Shown here: piece after piece, positions 1-14,200 of the stretch
Layout of the letters: each line of letters begins with the position of its first letter
Numbering within the stretch: position 1 is the first letter of the stretch
Assembly: GCA_973851085.1 (NCBI GenBank)
Contig: OZ316775.1
Coordinates: forward strand, 2,728,001 to 2,792,000
DNA: 64,000 bases
Direction of reading: 5' to 3'
Origin: Ptychomitrium polyphyllum
Taxonomy: Eukaryota
Position numbers and translations under genes: made by a program
The notes under the pieces: generated by a model
Told to the model about the DNA's origin: nothing
Databases searched by the model: none
Seen by the model: the letters and a program-made list of their open reading frames with translations, nothing else

Positions 1-674
1 TATTAAAAAGAAAAATATTACTTTTAAAGAAATAAGTTTATGTTTAGTTATGGAATGGCATGGGTGTTGACCTTGCTATGGTGCTAAAACAAACTTGTAT
101 GAACTTCATTTGCTAATGAACTAGAATAATTGGTTCATCAAAAAATCTATTTAATTTATGTTTGTTTTTGAATTCCTAAAAATTCTATGTTTTATGAATC
201 TTTTTATTCTAAATATTTGGAGAAATTCCACCATATGAGCTCTATAAACATAGGTTTCAACTGTGTTTTCTATATTTTTAGATGAACGCTCGAGACTTGA
301 GTAAATCAAAAAAGTAAATGGACACTTTTGCTGTACCCGGCCATACCCCGCCCGTTACGGTCTCACCATGGGAGCATGCCGATACCCGGCAATCAGGTAG
401 ATGTCGGGAAAGCTGGCACAATGAAGACGCCGGAGCACCATTGGAAAAGCGATGCCTACCCTAAACCGTTACTACCCCTGTACTGTAACAAGGAATAGGA
501 TTTCGAATCTAGTGTATTAAGTTGGTAGATGATAATGGTTTTAGGTATAGTAACGGTTTTGGATAGTGGTTTCCAAGACGCCGGAGCACGACGTTGTGTT
601 GGAGCGAGAGATCGGACGAAGCCATTGTCGATCGAAGTGGTGGCTATGGTGGACGAGGCTCCGCGGCAGGACCT

Positions 675-3600
675 ATGGCGACGCACGAGCGCACATTCGC
701 AGGCTGCGAGAAAGATGTGGTGCGGCGGAACTGCATCGACTTCCTGCTGCAGGAGCACTACTTTCTCACGGCTTTTGAGCTTCTCCAGGAGCTCCAGGAA
801 GACGGACTCGCAGATTGCGCTACCAGACTGCAACTCTTCTTCGCCGACGTCAATGTGTTCCCACCGGAGGAGATCGACAGGATGAAGGCGCTTCAAGGTT
901 TGTTGTGACGCCGGTGCTGCATTGTTGTTGCGATTGATGATCTTGATTTGGTAGTTTTGTTGTCTCGAGGAGAACGTTTCTTGGCGACTTTTGTTTCTCG
1001 ATTGCGTGCAGAACTGGTAATGTGACATTGTTTCACCAAATCGCGGTTGGTGCTAGGAATTTAGTTACGATGGAACGTGCATAGTTCGTGTTTACTTTTT
1101 TCTATGTCCTTTTGGCATAGTTGAGTCGACATGTTTAGAGGTTTTTGTGTATTTTGGAGGCTTTTGCTGATGGATTGGACTAGGAGACGAACCTGCTGTA
1201 CGCGTGTTGATTCCGCGTCTTTGATATTTTTTGCGCGCGTCGAGAATTTCCACCCCCCGGCATTTTGGCGATCTTGGATCTGGTGATGCAGATGAACGTT
1301 TGAACTGTGCATTCTCGTGAAAAATTGAGCTTTGTGATTCGTGATGGAGATGGCTCTAATGTGTGCTTTCGCATGTGTCTTTTCATCTTCGCTCTCTGCT
1401 GAGCGTTGTCACTTTGTTAAGTAAGCCGCGTTAAAGTAAATCTTGGAGCAGCAATTCAATTTGCAATTTGAGTTAGAATCTTTCCGGAGCTTTCTTCTCT
1501 TTCTGAATCTCTTGTGAATCTCTTTCTGCCTTCGTGTTTCTATTCCCGCTTTTAACGGAGTACGGGGTTTAAGGCTTTTGTAAAGAAGCTCGCCGATACC
1601 CTGCGGTTTTGGAGCACTTATGCATGATATTTCAAATGGATTGGAGTAAACTACCTTGCCCTCGTTTTTAAGTGGAATGCCGGTATCGTCTTTTCGTCCT
1701 CCACTTGAAGACGAGGACCATGAATCGCGTGCAGATCACTGTATGCAGATTAAAATATATTTGGACAGGTAGGATAATTGTTTCAATAGATTTCACTTTA
1801 AGCAATTCTACATCGTAACATGTATTAATCGTATGTGAACTGGTGTAGGAATTGATGTTGTGCAGCTTGTAAGGGAAAAGGAACTGGCCTTCGAAAATGC
1901 GGCTTTATGTAAATATGATATACGACTTTTACGAGAAGATATGAAGAACCTGCAGGAAAAATCAGGAACAGCTTCGGAAGTTTCCGCTGATTTGCCGACG
2001 CCTGGTGCGTAGCTTCACCCTTTTGCCAAAGACCTTACCCCCGCTAGGATGCACCAAACATCACAGCAATTCTCTCAAATATTGTTGATAGTCAGAATAA
2101 CGGCTTTGACATTGTCGTTCAGTTTGAATGTACCTAAGGAAAACTGAACTAAGTTTTCAATTGCTAGTCTCTATGAGTGAATTTGTTGTACGGGCTGGTG
2201 GTTGCAGATAACCGTCTAGGAATTACCGAAACCGACATTGTCGGACTCTCGATGAACAATACAAGTGAAGTAGGCTTACGGCTGCTTGGCGAGAGAGAGA
2301 GATTAGTCCTTGACTGTGCCGTGAAGGAATACTTGATGGCTGCTGGTTACAAAATTTCTGCTATGACTTTTCAAGAGGAGGTAACTGTACACTATTTCAG
2401 GAATATTATGGGGTTTGTGTATGTACCAAGTACGGATGATTTTCTATTATCGTCGTTCGTTCACTGAGTTCGGCGGCGTCCCGGAACTCTGGTCGCTTTT
2501 ATATTGGGAGTGAACCTGTTGATGCTGAAGTGCTTACAATTGTTGATCACTTGAAAGCAGATCCTGTGGAAGTGCGACAGGGCATTGTTTTGTATGTCCA
2601 CTTTCTTAATTGGATAGTTTTGCATTTGAGGATGAAATTGGTTCCATCGTGTAGGTGAATATCGATTTGGATATTTGGCCTCACACAGCTGCACATGTGC
2701 CAGAAGCTCTTCGCCAGTATTATCATGCATTCCTTGCGTATACCGTTGAAGCAAGGCAGGTGCGTCAACAAATTTCCTTCTCCAATATCAACTCTTAGGT
2801 GGAGCCAATTGCTCATGTGCCAGTCAGTACATTCTAGGACCAATTAAAATATACGCCATTTATTGCGTGATTCTATTGTATTGTGAAGGACAAGGATGCT
2901 CTTCAGAAAGAGATAGATTCGCTTGCAAAACAGAAGGAGGTCCTCAAAGAAGAGAATATGTTGTTGATGAAAACAGCTGATAACTTGAGGAGAAGTTTGA
3001 AGGAGAAGGACAGGCATGTAAGTATCGTTTGCTGTTACTTTTATTGAATTTTTGCAGATGCTAGTTGCAACATATAGTAGAAAAGCTTATGAAATGATTA
3101 CCTTGATCTCCTTGATTTCAACAGGTGCAGCAGATGAAGGAATCGCTTGAACACTCAACAACACAACTGAATGAATACAGAGTTGAGGTGACCTCACTGA
3201 AAATAGAACTCGAGAGCTTGATTTCCAGCACTACACGCGCTGCAAACCAGAAGCAAGCGTCTATAGCTGTACAAATGACATCATTTCAAAGTGCATCGAA
3301 ACCAGAATGTAAAGATACAGCAGCGAAGGTTTCAGTAATTGAGAAGAATACAGAAGAGGCATCTGTGATGGCTATTATCGGACCAAACCCCAATGGGGAT
3401 AGGTTTACAGATCTGTTTGAAACTTCAAGTGTGGTGGATAGCAACGGCTTTAGAACACCAGATGAAGGAGATGAAAACGGACAGAGTACTGATTTTCTTG
3501 AACACCTCAACAACCATGCGGGTTTGCAAGATTTTCAGAATGCACATTTGTCGGTGAGTGGATATCTCTCCTTAGCAATGGTTAGGATTCACCCTGGATA

Positions 3601-6600
3601 TAATGTTGAATGTGTACCTATTTTTAGCGAACCGTGTGTGTGTGACAGGAGCTTGGAACTGTGCATATTTTGGCAGACGCTCTACCTAAAATTGCTCCCT
3701 TCGTTCTCATCAACCATCGAGAGGTTCTGTTCTTACCATGTTTATAATCAAATCAAATGTGTTTGAGTTCTTATTCATACTGCAATTTGATTACATACAC
3801 ATGGATGGCGGGTTCTGGATGTTAATCGATTGTTTGCTTACTTTTTTACTTGATTTTTATGAAATGGTTCATATTCGATATGTAAGCTACTAATGTTGTT
3901 CTTGATACTTTCCAAGTCCGAGGTTTTGTTGATGATGCGTTAATAGCGATGCATATACTCATTGCGTGTCTTTGAACGCTCATGTCTCGCTGTTATGGTG
4001 CGTCCCTAAGTTCAGATGACTAAAAGTCTTGTGCTGACTCAGATTCTTCTGAGACTGTCTCGTAAATATCTGTGATCATTTTCGCAGGAGCTACTGCCGC
4101 TTATCAGTTGTGCTATTGAGAAGCATCCTGATTGCAATGTACGGGATTTGCTCACGCATCTCTTGTTTAATCTTATTAAGAAGCCAGACGAAGGACAACG
4201 ACGTATAATTATGGATGTGAGTTTTCTAAATCTTTCTTAATTGATCCTTTGTTTCTTAGAATGTAATTTGATTACTTTCAATCAGCCTCAACACTTTAGG
4301 TCTCTTAATATGGCCTGCAGTCGTCGTGGCTTTTGAGACGTTCCTACCTGAGTTATATGCCCGTCCATTACCTAAACTTATGTTCTTTTCTGTCAATTGC
4401 AGGCATGTGTAGAGCTGTCAAGAAATGTTGGACAATTGCGGACCGAAACGGAATTATTACCCCAGTGTTGGGAGCAGGTTCGTAGCATTTCCAGCCTTAA
4501 ACTTCCTACTAGTTCTGGGCGGCTATCTAAAGTTTGATGTTTTCACTGCAAGTTCCTCCTTTCTGCTAGCTATCTTTACATAGCTCATGTCTTATGTTTA
4601 ACATTTGCTTTATGCTTTGTAGATTGACCATAAGTACGAGGAAAGGCGGCTTCTTGTTGCGCAGTCATGTGGGGAGCTTGGACAGATGGTGGGATCTGAA
4701 ATGTGCGCGTCCCTCGTTTTATCAATAATACAGCAGCTAGTGGCTGATCAAGCACCAATTGTGCGCCAGGCTGCAGCTCATAATTTGGCCATTTTACTTC
4801 CTCGGTTCTCCAACTTCGACAAGTATTCCAAGGTCAGCCCTGCCAAGGCTACAACTTACGGAAGCTGCATTTTGACCTGCTGGGGCACAAAGTAAGCACT
4901 GTAGTTTTGGTCTTCTGGATATAAGCATAGAACCCTGTGGTTTTGGAGGGGTTATTAAAGTCATCCATAGGTACTTCCAAGCTCCGCCATCGCTCAGCCC
5001 GCCATTGCTTTGGATACGTCCATCCCTCGATAACAAAAAGGCGGGAAATGTTCGTAACCATTCCTTCCGTTTGCAGGTGATTTTTGGGTGTTCATGTGTG
5101 CGGCACATAGACACCTTAATTCCGTGACAGAGGTTTTATATCTGCTGAATTCAGCAAAGACACTAGCATTTTCTACTGTTGGCATGCAGGGCAAGCGCAG
5201 TTTATGATTTCCTGTTCCTGAGACTTCGAAGCAGCTTTGATGGGTTTGGTGTACTTTTGGTCTGATATGGTACTGCTACGGAAAAGTAATCTGAACTGAA
5301 ATACGATAACACTAGTGACACACTTTCTGTGTACAGGTGGAGGCGCTTATGTTGGATTTGACCTGTGATCCAGTGGGTCCCGTGATTGAAACTACGTTAA
5401 GAGAGGTTGTTCCTACAATGGTGGCATGGATCAAGCGCGAAAAGCATCCTGTAACTCACCTGTATCGTGGAGTTATATCTCGGCTTTTAATGGCGGCCCA
5501 GGTGTAACTTAAAACATTTGGAATGTTTTGATTTTCTTGAGCAAAAACTTTTAACTCATGCAAATAAGGGTCCCTGCAGTGTTCATTTGTTCCTCCTGGC
5601 CTATGGGAGAAGTTTGACATGCCATTTCAAGCAACTTATTGAGCAACCAATCGATTGCCATAAGTTTGTAATTTACAAAAATTAACAGCAACATTGTTAT
5701 GCTGGCAGAGGTGTCCGCCTATTTCAGAGGTTGAAGGCACTGTGGAGGCGCAACTTCGAATTTTTGGAGAGAGAAGACGATGGAACATTGATGTATTGTT
5801 GCGGTTGCTCGCACAGTTACTTACCGAGGTGCAAGAGGCTGCTATCAAATCGTGTCCATTCCCATGCGAATCAACTGATACTGAAGTTAGTGCTTCCATC
5901 TTTACAGAAGATATTATCACATTGTATATCAGGTACACAGTTCTCTTATCTGTTGTGTAAATCACTGAGAGTAGTGCTAGAAATTGCGCCTCATATTCTG
6001 ATAGGTAAAACCGCCCTTGTACAATGTTGGATATAATAATTCTACATGTATTATTTGAACTTCAAGTTTCGGTCTTCACGTTTCTGTAGTGCTTATCTAG
6101 ACCTATGCAGTACTCGTTAGAATACACTGCCTCAATAGAAACAATTAGTTGGATTTGTATTGCGCCTATTTAATGTAATTTGATCTAATATTTCCAGGAT
6201 TCTCTACTTTTCACCTTCTATTCATTAAAGGTTCTGAACTTTGTCGAGATCATTGTTACTTGCTGCTACTGTTGGTATAATCTGTTCCTTATGATTACGT
6301 TCAGCTCATCAGTGCAGAAGTAAAAGAGCTGCTACTTGGTTAATGTGCAGATCAAGTACAGAGTGGCCTATTTTAGACTGGCTGGTTCAGGACTTTTTTC
6401 CGGCCTTGCTTCAGCTTGCCTGCATGCTGCCTTGTCAAGAGGAAAGCCTTCGGATACAACTCTGCAAGGTATTACTTTCCAGTGTGTACCAGCTTGTTTG
6501 TAATGCACCAATCTGTTATTAACAATCGCTTTGTGTTATTAACAATAGCTGAGTTGTCGTTATAGTTGGTCACTTCAATCTCTATGCTCATCCATCTAAT

Positions 6601-9238
6601 TGCTTGAAACTTGTTTTGTTAATTCTTTTATGCAGGTGTTTCACAGGACTGGAGAGTGCTTTGGTAGCAGCTATGTCAGGATTGTTATGTTGCCGATCTT
6701 CCTCTCGGCTACTGGTGATGATGTTGAGTACTCACACATGTCAAAGCAGCTGGCAGATCGTATTAAAGGTTGTTGATCTACATGCATTGCTCTTTAAGAT
6801 ACTGACTAAGCGCAGTCCTGCGATGTTCCTAATTTCAATTTTGAACTTTAGTCGCATTTGATTGGCTGCTCAACTGAAAGTCTTTTACTCTCTTCTCTTA
6901 TTACTGATTATATTGCTAATGACAGATTTTAAACCACGTACACTGGTGGAGGAACAGTTGGCAGTTATGTGTATTCTGCCACTACTTCTTGTCGGTGTCT
7001 TAGGGGCTCCTGAGATGGAGAAAGGGCAGCTCGGTATTTACCTTCGGGAGCTGATTCTTAAATCTACTATGAAGATTGGTGCTTGGACTTTCACACGAAC
7101 TCAAAAACTCATTGCTTCTGTTCGCTTTCTCTGGTAACTAAGCGTCATCAAACTGTCAAGGGTTCTTAAAATTTGTTCAGGCTTTGCAGGTTTTATTACA
7201 CCTGAAGGGTTTATCTCATAGTTGCATCTACTCCTATCCATACACGCTCAGTTTGTGTCATTTCACCTCGTGTGTCCTGTGCTATGGATATTCCCCTGCA
7301 CAATGTACTGCGCGATTGTTCTTCTGGATTAGTTGCATCGATTTGGTTTGATGTCTCATGTGCTCGTTAACGTGTGTGAGAGGTGTTTTGACGGGTTTTC
7401 ATCAGTGTATGGTAGATGCTGCATGATACGTATGATATTCTGAAACCTGCTTAATATGCATGCAGCACATTTGAGCAGCATCTGGCAGTAATCGTAGGGG
7501 TATTGTGGGAACTTATTGTGAGCCCGAATGCTGATGTCAAAATCAGTGCAGCTGTACTATCAAAACTGCTGGTCAGTACTACCCACCTGTCGATCTTATT
7601 TCCTTGTATTTAGTTAGGAAGCAGTGTTTTCATCTGTTCTATTGAAACTTCTTAACAGGGGTTGTTTCACAGGTTGGAAAGGTCATGCTGAAATCTGCAA
7701 TACAACAGATTATTCCAGCTCTGGTGACGCTCGGTTCAGATCCAAACGTAGATGTCAAGATTGCTACTGTTGATGCATTCGGTGCTGTAGCTCAGTGTTT
7801 CAAGGAACAAGAGGTACCAGCGTTTTCTGTTGAGAAGTAGAATTCCAGTGATTGTGCTTCGTACAACTTCTGAGTTTATCACAATTTAATTGAGCATGCA
7901 TGGCTCAGGTTATTGCTATCGATTTATAAACTTACACGCGTTTCTAGCAAGTGTTACTCAAATTTTGTGCCTGGTTTTAGCTTGCATACTTACCAAGCCC
8001 TGAGACGCTCAATTGCGATTCTATTAGGATTTGGAAAATTATTCAGGTTCAAAAACGCTGCAAATTTTGATACTCTTCATGTGCTATCTGCAGGTAGTCG
8101 ATAAGGTCAAGATGCAAATGGATGCATTCCTAGAAGACGGTTCACATGCGGTGACTAATGCAGTGATCCGCGCCCTATCTGCCGCAGTTTCAGTCAAGTC
8201 ATCCAGCCTGCAAGATTATATCCTTTGAAATTAGTACTTAGTTTAAAATTTACTCTTTAAAAACATCTTGTAGTCACTGTCAATACATCTGTATGTAGTG
8301 ATTGAACTTTGGTTTTCCTTTAAAGAGAGTTAAGGGATTGTAAAGGAGATTTAGTAGGTTGCTCACTATGTTGGAAGCGCCATTTATTTCAGAAGGGAAA
8401 GCCTGAGGAAGTGTAGCTTAGAAATCATCTGTCAGTCGGGATGGAAATTTTTAACAGGTCTGCTTTTCTAATGCAAGAACACAATGCTGAACTTAACTTT
8501 CTGTTTACATTTACTGAAGACATTGGTTCATCTCTGTGAATTACCAATGCAAAATGTCAAGTTATCCAATCGGCAGGAGAGGGCTGACGTCATCTGCGAG
8601 GCTCTCAGAGCATTTGATGTTACTGGTAAGATTTCAAGTCTCTAGGTTATCCTGTCTGTAGTCTCTGATCGATCCTTACAAGTATCTGTCTCTATGAATT
8701 ACTTCGTGTTGAGCTCTTTCCAAGATTCTTTGAAGTTTGCGCCATTATTCCAGTATCTGGATGGAAGCATGTTGGTGCATGTTATTTTTTGCTCAATTTT
8801 TTATTCCTTATGTTGATTATGACTAATATTTAAATTTATGGTGTACAAGTGTGCTTGGTTGGGTTATACTTTACGCTCCTTTTCTGAGCACCTGAACTTT
8901 TCCTTGATTCCTCAGATTTACCACTAGAAAGTGTGAACAACCTTCTGTTGCCGACAATAAAGCATGTGCTGAAGAACTTCGATACTCTTGACCCAGCACA
9001 GAAACAATCTCTGGAATTCATTATGAAAGACTGTGGGAGCACACGAAGCCCCACCGTTCTGAGTAAATCAGTGAGTAACTCAAGAGGTAGTCTATTTGGA
9101 GAAGGCGGTTTTTTGAAGGACCCAATCCTAGCAAACGGTTCAGCAAAATTGCCGGCCACTGAAAGTAGTGAATCCGGGACAACTCCTCAAGAGGACAGCG
9201 GTCTAAAACGGATGATGCGACTGAGCTGGGGCAGGTAA
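675..9238 (+). CDS. RELCH: LisH-domain and HEAT-repeat protein (RELCH/KIAA1468-like, At5g16210-like); multi-exon span
   Basis: ATG at 675 gives MATHERTFAGCEKDVVRRNCIDFLLQEHYFLTAFELLQELQEDG (LisH-like). A second LisH-like segment reads DCAVKEYLMAAGYKISAMTFQEE. HEAT exons include ELGTVHILADALPKIAPFVLINHRE, ELLPLISCAIEKHPD, RTETELLPQCWEQ, YEERRLLVAQSCGELG and RCPPISEVEGTVEAQLRIFGERRRWNIDVLLRLL. The last exon ends in TAA at 9236-9238. Introns are mostly GT-AG, with one AT-AC. Confidence 0.9.
8218..8508 (+). other. U12-type (minor spliceosome) AT-AC intron in the RELCH-like gene
   Basis: The 5' end is ATATCCTTT at 8218, a branch-like CTTAAC lies at 8492-8497 and the 3' end AC is at 8507-8508. Removal gives in-frame SSLQDY-LLKTLVHLCELPMQ...RQERADVICEALRAFDVT; without splicing the frame stops at 8226-8228. 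Confidence 0.9.
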
Positions 9239-11280
9239 TAGTATAAATGAAACCCGCATATGAACTAATTTCCTGGTGAAATTCTAGCCTTCAAAACACG
9301 AAAAATCAGCCATTTACTGTATCTTGTTGTAGACGTTTCTATTTTTTCTTAGTCACTTCAAGCAGCTTTTCTCATTCAGTTAGTAGGCGGCTGTAGGTAG
9401 TCTTACTTCATCTAATCCTTCGTGGCTTGCAAAATAATCCTGACGTTTAATTGATCAGTTTTTTTCCTCCCTTAGCGGGATCCCTTGGTTGCAATTGCAA
9501 AACCTTGGTTACCATCGCATTCGTATTAGATATCCATTCTCTGAGGTCGTTTTACATTCCTGGAGAACACCGGGAAAGTTTCTTCATGAGCCGGCTCATT
9601 CAAACTTTCACTTTCCAGAAAATTTTGACAAATGTTGACAAAGGTGAAGTGTGCCTAGCAAGTGAGAGCCATTGCAGGCATTTTTAGTGAACGAATGTAT
9701 TTTATGGTACACCTGTGATACTCTTCAATCAAAATGGTTGCCACAATTACAGCATACCGGGAGAAGTTCATATGATGCACCAATACAATGCCACTGGATT
9801 ATAAGAGTATTTCGCAGTCGTTCAGCACATCTGATATGGTCGGTGTTCATAGCTTTCTTTGCCAAGGAGAGGTTACTTCTTGTTACCTTGCCAATCTGAC
9901 ACTCTGAATGTGAATTCGATTCCAGTCAGCTCTCCTAGCTCATGAATATGAATTAGGCCTCTGCTTTCAACGTCTGCTGTGTCACACTATAAAGATCTCG
10001 GCTTCACCCTTTTATGACATAATTGCCAAAACGAGATCCACGCGATGCTTTGATACAACTCCGAAACCAATTTGCATTACTCCCAATCTACGGAATCATA
10101 TCCGTAAAATTCGCCTTAGAAACCTTCATCACGGTTCAAATGAAGACCTGACATTTTCTTTCTCTGGATCTACTAAATAGGATCCCAGGATCTAGATTCC
10201 AGAAGTGCTCTATCTATACTCTGCCATTGTTTTTGTTGCTGACTCCTTTTTAAGTGAACTTCCACTGCAAGATAACGTCAAGGAGAACTGTTTCGCAATT
10301 GGAGGAAAAAAAATCGCATATGAGCTCAAGGTTGATGAAATCATATGAAAGCAGTGATGCGCTCACAGAATCTTAGTCTGTGGGACTGAGCACATGGTGG
10401 GTCTGCTCCAGGGGAGTAGTCATGCAGTGCCGTAGCTATGCAAGCACATGCACAAGCCAAGTAGAAGCATTGCTGTGATTTTGAGTCATAGAGTCTCCAG
10501 TGATGCAAATCCAGGAGGTGGCCTCATCTGCACAATTTTTGATCCCAGAGGGAAGCGCGGCTTTGAAGAACTGGTAGTCAAGCATTTGAAGTTCACGCCG
10601 TTTTTCGGAAATCAGCATTGAAGGTATGTAAAGACGCACGACTGGAATTTGAAGGAAACCTCGTTCTCGTGTGTTGGATGCTTTTGTTGGCGGGTTGAGC
10701 TCTGGCATTTGCCAAAAAGTGCGAAGTTGCGCTATAACAGCGATCTGCTTCGTGGAGAGTGTTTCGGAGCGCCGCTCCTCACTTGTGCCCACGTTGTAAG
10801 GCGTAAGAAACTTCAGTACATTTCAAAAGTGACTATTGAGTCTTTTACGAGGGTGACGTTGAGTTTTACGAATTAGGTTGATTTGTCGATGTGTGGTAAT
10901 GAATTTTTATGGCCAGTTTTACCGACTCACGCAATCGAGGCTAGAACTGTGATCAATTGAGAGTGCAAAATAGAGGGTTCCTGCTGAAATGGCAATATAC
11001 TTGATCATAACAAGCTGAGGAGATTTTACTTGGTGCTCTGACTGCTTCAAAACCCAATGTGCTGATGTCTTACTTCTAATGGAGGCAGTTTTCTTCTTGG
11101 ATCTAGCGAGTTTGTAAGCACTTTCTAGATCGATTGATGGTCAGGGTTTCGGGTTTTGTTCTCAGAGGGAGAACAAAAAGCGAGCTATCTCTATGTCGCT
11201 ACCATCTTTGTACCAACAATAAGGCCGCTAAACTTTGAGTATTTTTTTTCAAATCTTCTGTGTCATGTGACGATACAGCA

Positions 11281-14200
11281 ATGGGAGGAGCGTGCGGTGG
11301 AACGGTGTGGTTGTCTTTCTTCGGCGTAGCCTTGCAGCTCGCAGGCATGGTGCTCTTTGTTCTGGGTTTTTTCCCTGTCAAACCGGCGCTCATGGGCAAA
11401 AGGCAAGTATTCCCTATTATTTTCATTTTAACATTTACATCTGGTTAGTATTGACTTGAATATATGTGGTTTTCCCAGAATTGGATATCAACAAGCAAGT
11501 TGGGTCACTTCCGTGTAAAATTTGGTCAAATACAACTGTTCTCCTTAGGTAGATGCAACTGTAAGTTGTTGCTTGAAGTACCCATGTCTGACATTGACCT
11601 GATCGATTTCTGGGTTTATTTTAAACAGTGATCTTGAAAGTGCCATGTTGAACTGCTTTACGAACACTTATCACGGTGATACGGAATTGGCGGGGCTTTC
11701 TTATCAGGTTCAGTTTTTGAATATCTTAAATGGTGTTATGCCGGATTCTAAGAGCCGGTAATCTGCTTCTGTTCATTTAAAAAACTATGCTCTAGCTTTC
11801 AGTGATCTGTATGTGCTCAAATTATTGTTAGGAGTTCATGTTGGAGTGTAATGATAGCAGTTTATCTCTTCTCAGGTTTACAGACGGGAACGTTTGTCCT
11901 CATGTTTAGAGAGTAAGGTTGAATAAGGGTGAGCTTTTGTAATGTGATGTAAAAACAGTGTCTAGTTCAGTATCAGGTTCTCGTATTTCTAAGACTCTTT
12001 TCACCAGGAAGCAAGTGGTGTTCCACGACAATTCGATCGTCTTATTATAATGGTACTTTCTGACCCTCAACATGCTGGCGGTTCAGTTCAATCACATGTC
12101 AGATGTGCTTAGTGTTTGCTAAAGGCTTAGTTTGTTGGGAACAGGTTGTGGATGGAATGCCTGCAGAGTTCGTGCTTGGTAGGGGGGATCGTCCACCACC
12201 AGCAGAACTGGTCGCTGCCATGCCTTTCACGCATAGTTTGCTAGCGTCTGGGAACGGTTTTGGATACCATGCAAAAGCTGCACCTCCAACTGTAACCATG
12301 CCCCGTCTGAAGGTAAACATGAGAACCTTGACGTGTATTGTACTACTGTGGTTTTGGCAGAAGAAGTGATTTATCATTCTGATCGACTAAAATAAATAAA
12401 ATGACAGCCGATTGTGTCTATTATGTAGCAGGGTTCAGATAGTCTGATGACACTCGGATGCAGATAGTACTTTACTGTATGTAGAAGATGGACTTAGTTC
12501 AATATATGAATGTTTACTGGTTTTGTATTCAATATTTGCATAGCTGATGACTTTGGGATCCTCTTGTTGACAACGTAAGTGGTAAAGTAATACCTGCCAT
12601 CTTACTGTGTAGGCGATGACATCTGGAGCTATAGCTGGGTTTCTGGATGTGGCATTCAACTTTAATACACAGGCCTTACTTGATGATAACCTTGTTGGTG
12701 AGTTGACAACCTAGTCATCGTTTCCAAGAGGTTTAGGTGTCTGAATCAAGCCAGTTCCTGTATTCAACAAGAGTCTTTGTGGCGTGCTTATGTTCAGTCA
12801 TAATTGAATATCTGAGGGGCGGATTACTGTGGACAATGGACTAGACCAACTAGCAATAGCAGGATGGAAAATGGTCATGTTTGGGGATGACACATGGCTG
12901 AAGCTCTTCCCAGACAAGTTCATACGTTATGATGGTGTTAACAGCTTCTATGTAAGGACTTGTGTTTGAGGTCATTCTTCTATTTACTTTTATCTACGAT
13001 CTTTATTGCCTGCGTTGCTTGTTTGTTGTACTGCATTCCGGTATATTTAATGCTCCTGAAGTGTCTACGTCGATATGGAACATCAAAAATATTGGTTCAC
13101 TTACTTTTGCATAACTGTGTCCAGGTGAAGGATACTGTAGAGGTTGATCACAATGTCACCCGCCACTTGAACGAGGAACTTGCAGCATCTGATTGGGATG
13201 TCTTGGTACGAGTAGTTTCAGAAATGCGTAGTTTTCTACGAGCTTGCTACAAATATACCTTTGGAATCAGTGCCAACCTGCATGTCCATTTGAGTGGAAA
13301 TGGGTGAATTCATAAATCAAATGCGGTTTAACCTTCTGAGGAATTTGTTTGGGTACTGCTCTCATGTAAAGAATTAATGATTTGTCCGGGATGTAGGTGC
13401 TTCACTACCTTGGGCTTGATCACGTGGGTCATCTTGGAGGTCGTAACAGGTAAAAATTGCAGCTTATCGTCTTGCATACTAAGTACAACTTCTTGTGTTG
13501 GTTGTATTGTTTTGTTGATGATATTGTCTGCTCTCTCCGCATTTGGATGCAGTTATGGTGCATGAACATGCAGAGTTATTCCCATTGGTGATTATTTCTT
13601 GTCAAGCTCTTGTCATTCTGCTACCTGATGGTCGTAATGTTCTGATTGTAGCTCAATGGTGGCGCCAAAGTTGAAAGAAATGGATGATGTCATACGAAGG
13701 ATCTATGATAAGCTGATTAGAAGCTCGGGTGATCGTCGTACCTTACTGGTACGTAATATTTCCTTTTTGAATATGTTGTAGTAGGTGATATTGTTTCAAC
13801 CCCTTATGTCTTTCAGAGTCTTCATCTTCTAAGTACTCGTTCTCAACTGAGGTCAGGTCCACTGAGTACGTTGTCGACAGATAAGGAGACACTCCTAATT
13901 TCTTATGAGTTGTGTAATTGTTTTGTGTAGATGGTAGCGAGTGATCACGGTATGACAGACGCTGGAAACCATGGTGGTGCGTCATACCAAGAAGCAGATG
14001 CTTTGGCCCTGTTTATATCAGTGAGTTACCCTGGTGACAAGAGGCAACTCGAATCTGTCTCTGAGCGAAGTACAGATTCTGCTAATTCCTCGGCTTGGCC
14101 AGCCTTTCAGGTAGATGTGGTGCCAACATTAGCACTGCAGCTGGGTGTTCCAATACCGAAAAACAGTGTCGGAGCGCTACTTCCTCAGCTTTTCACCTCA

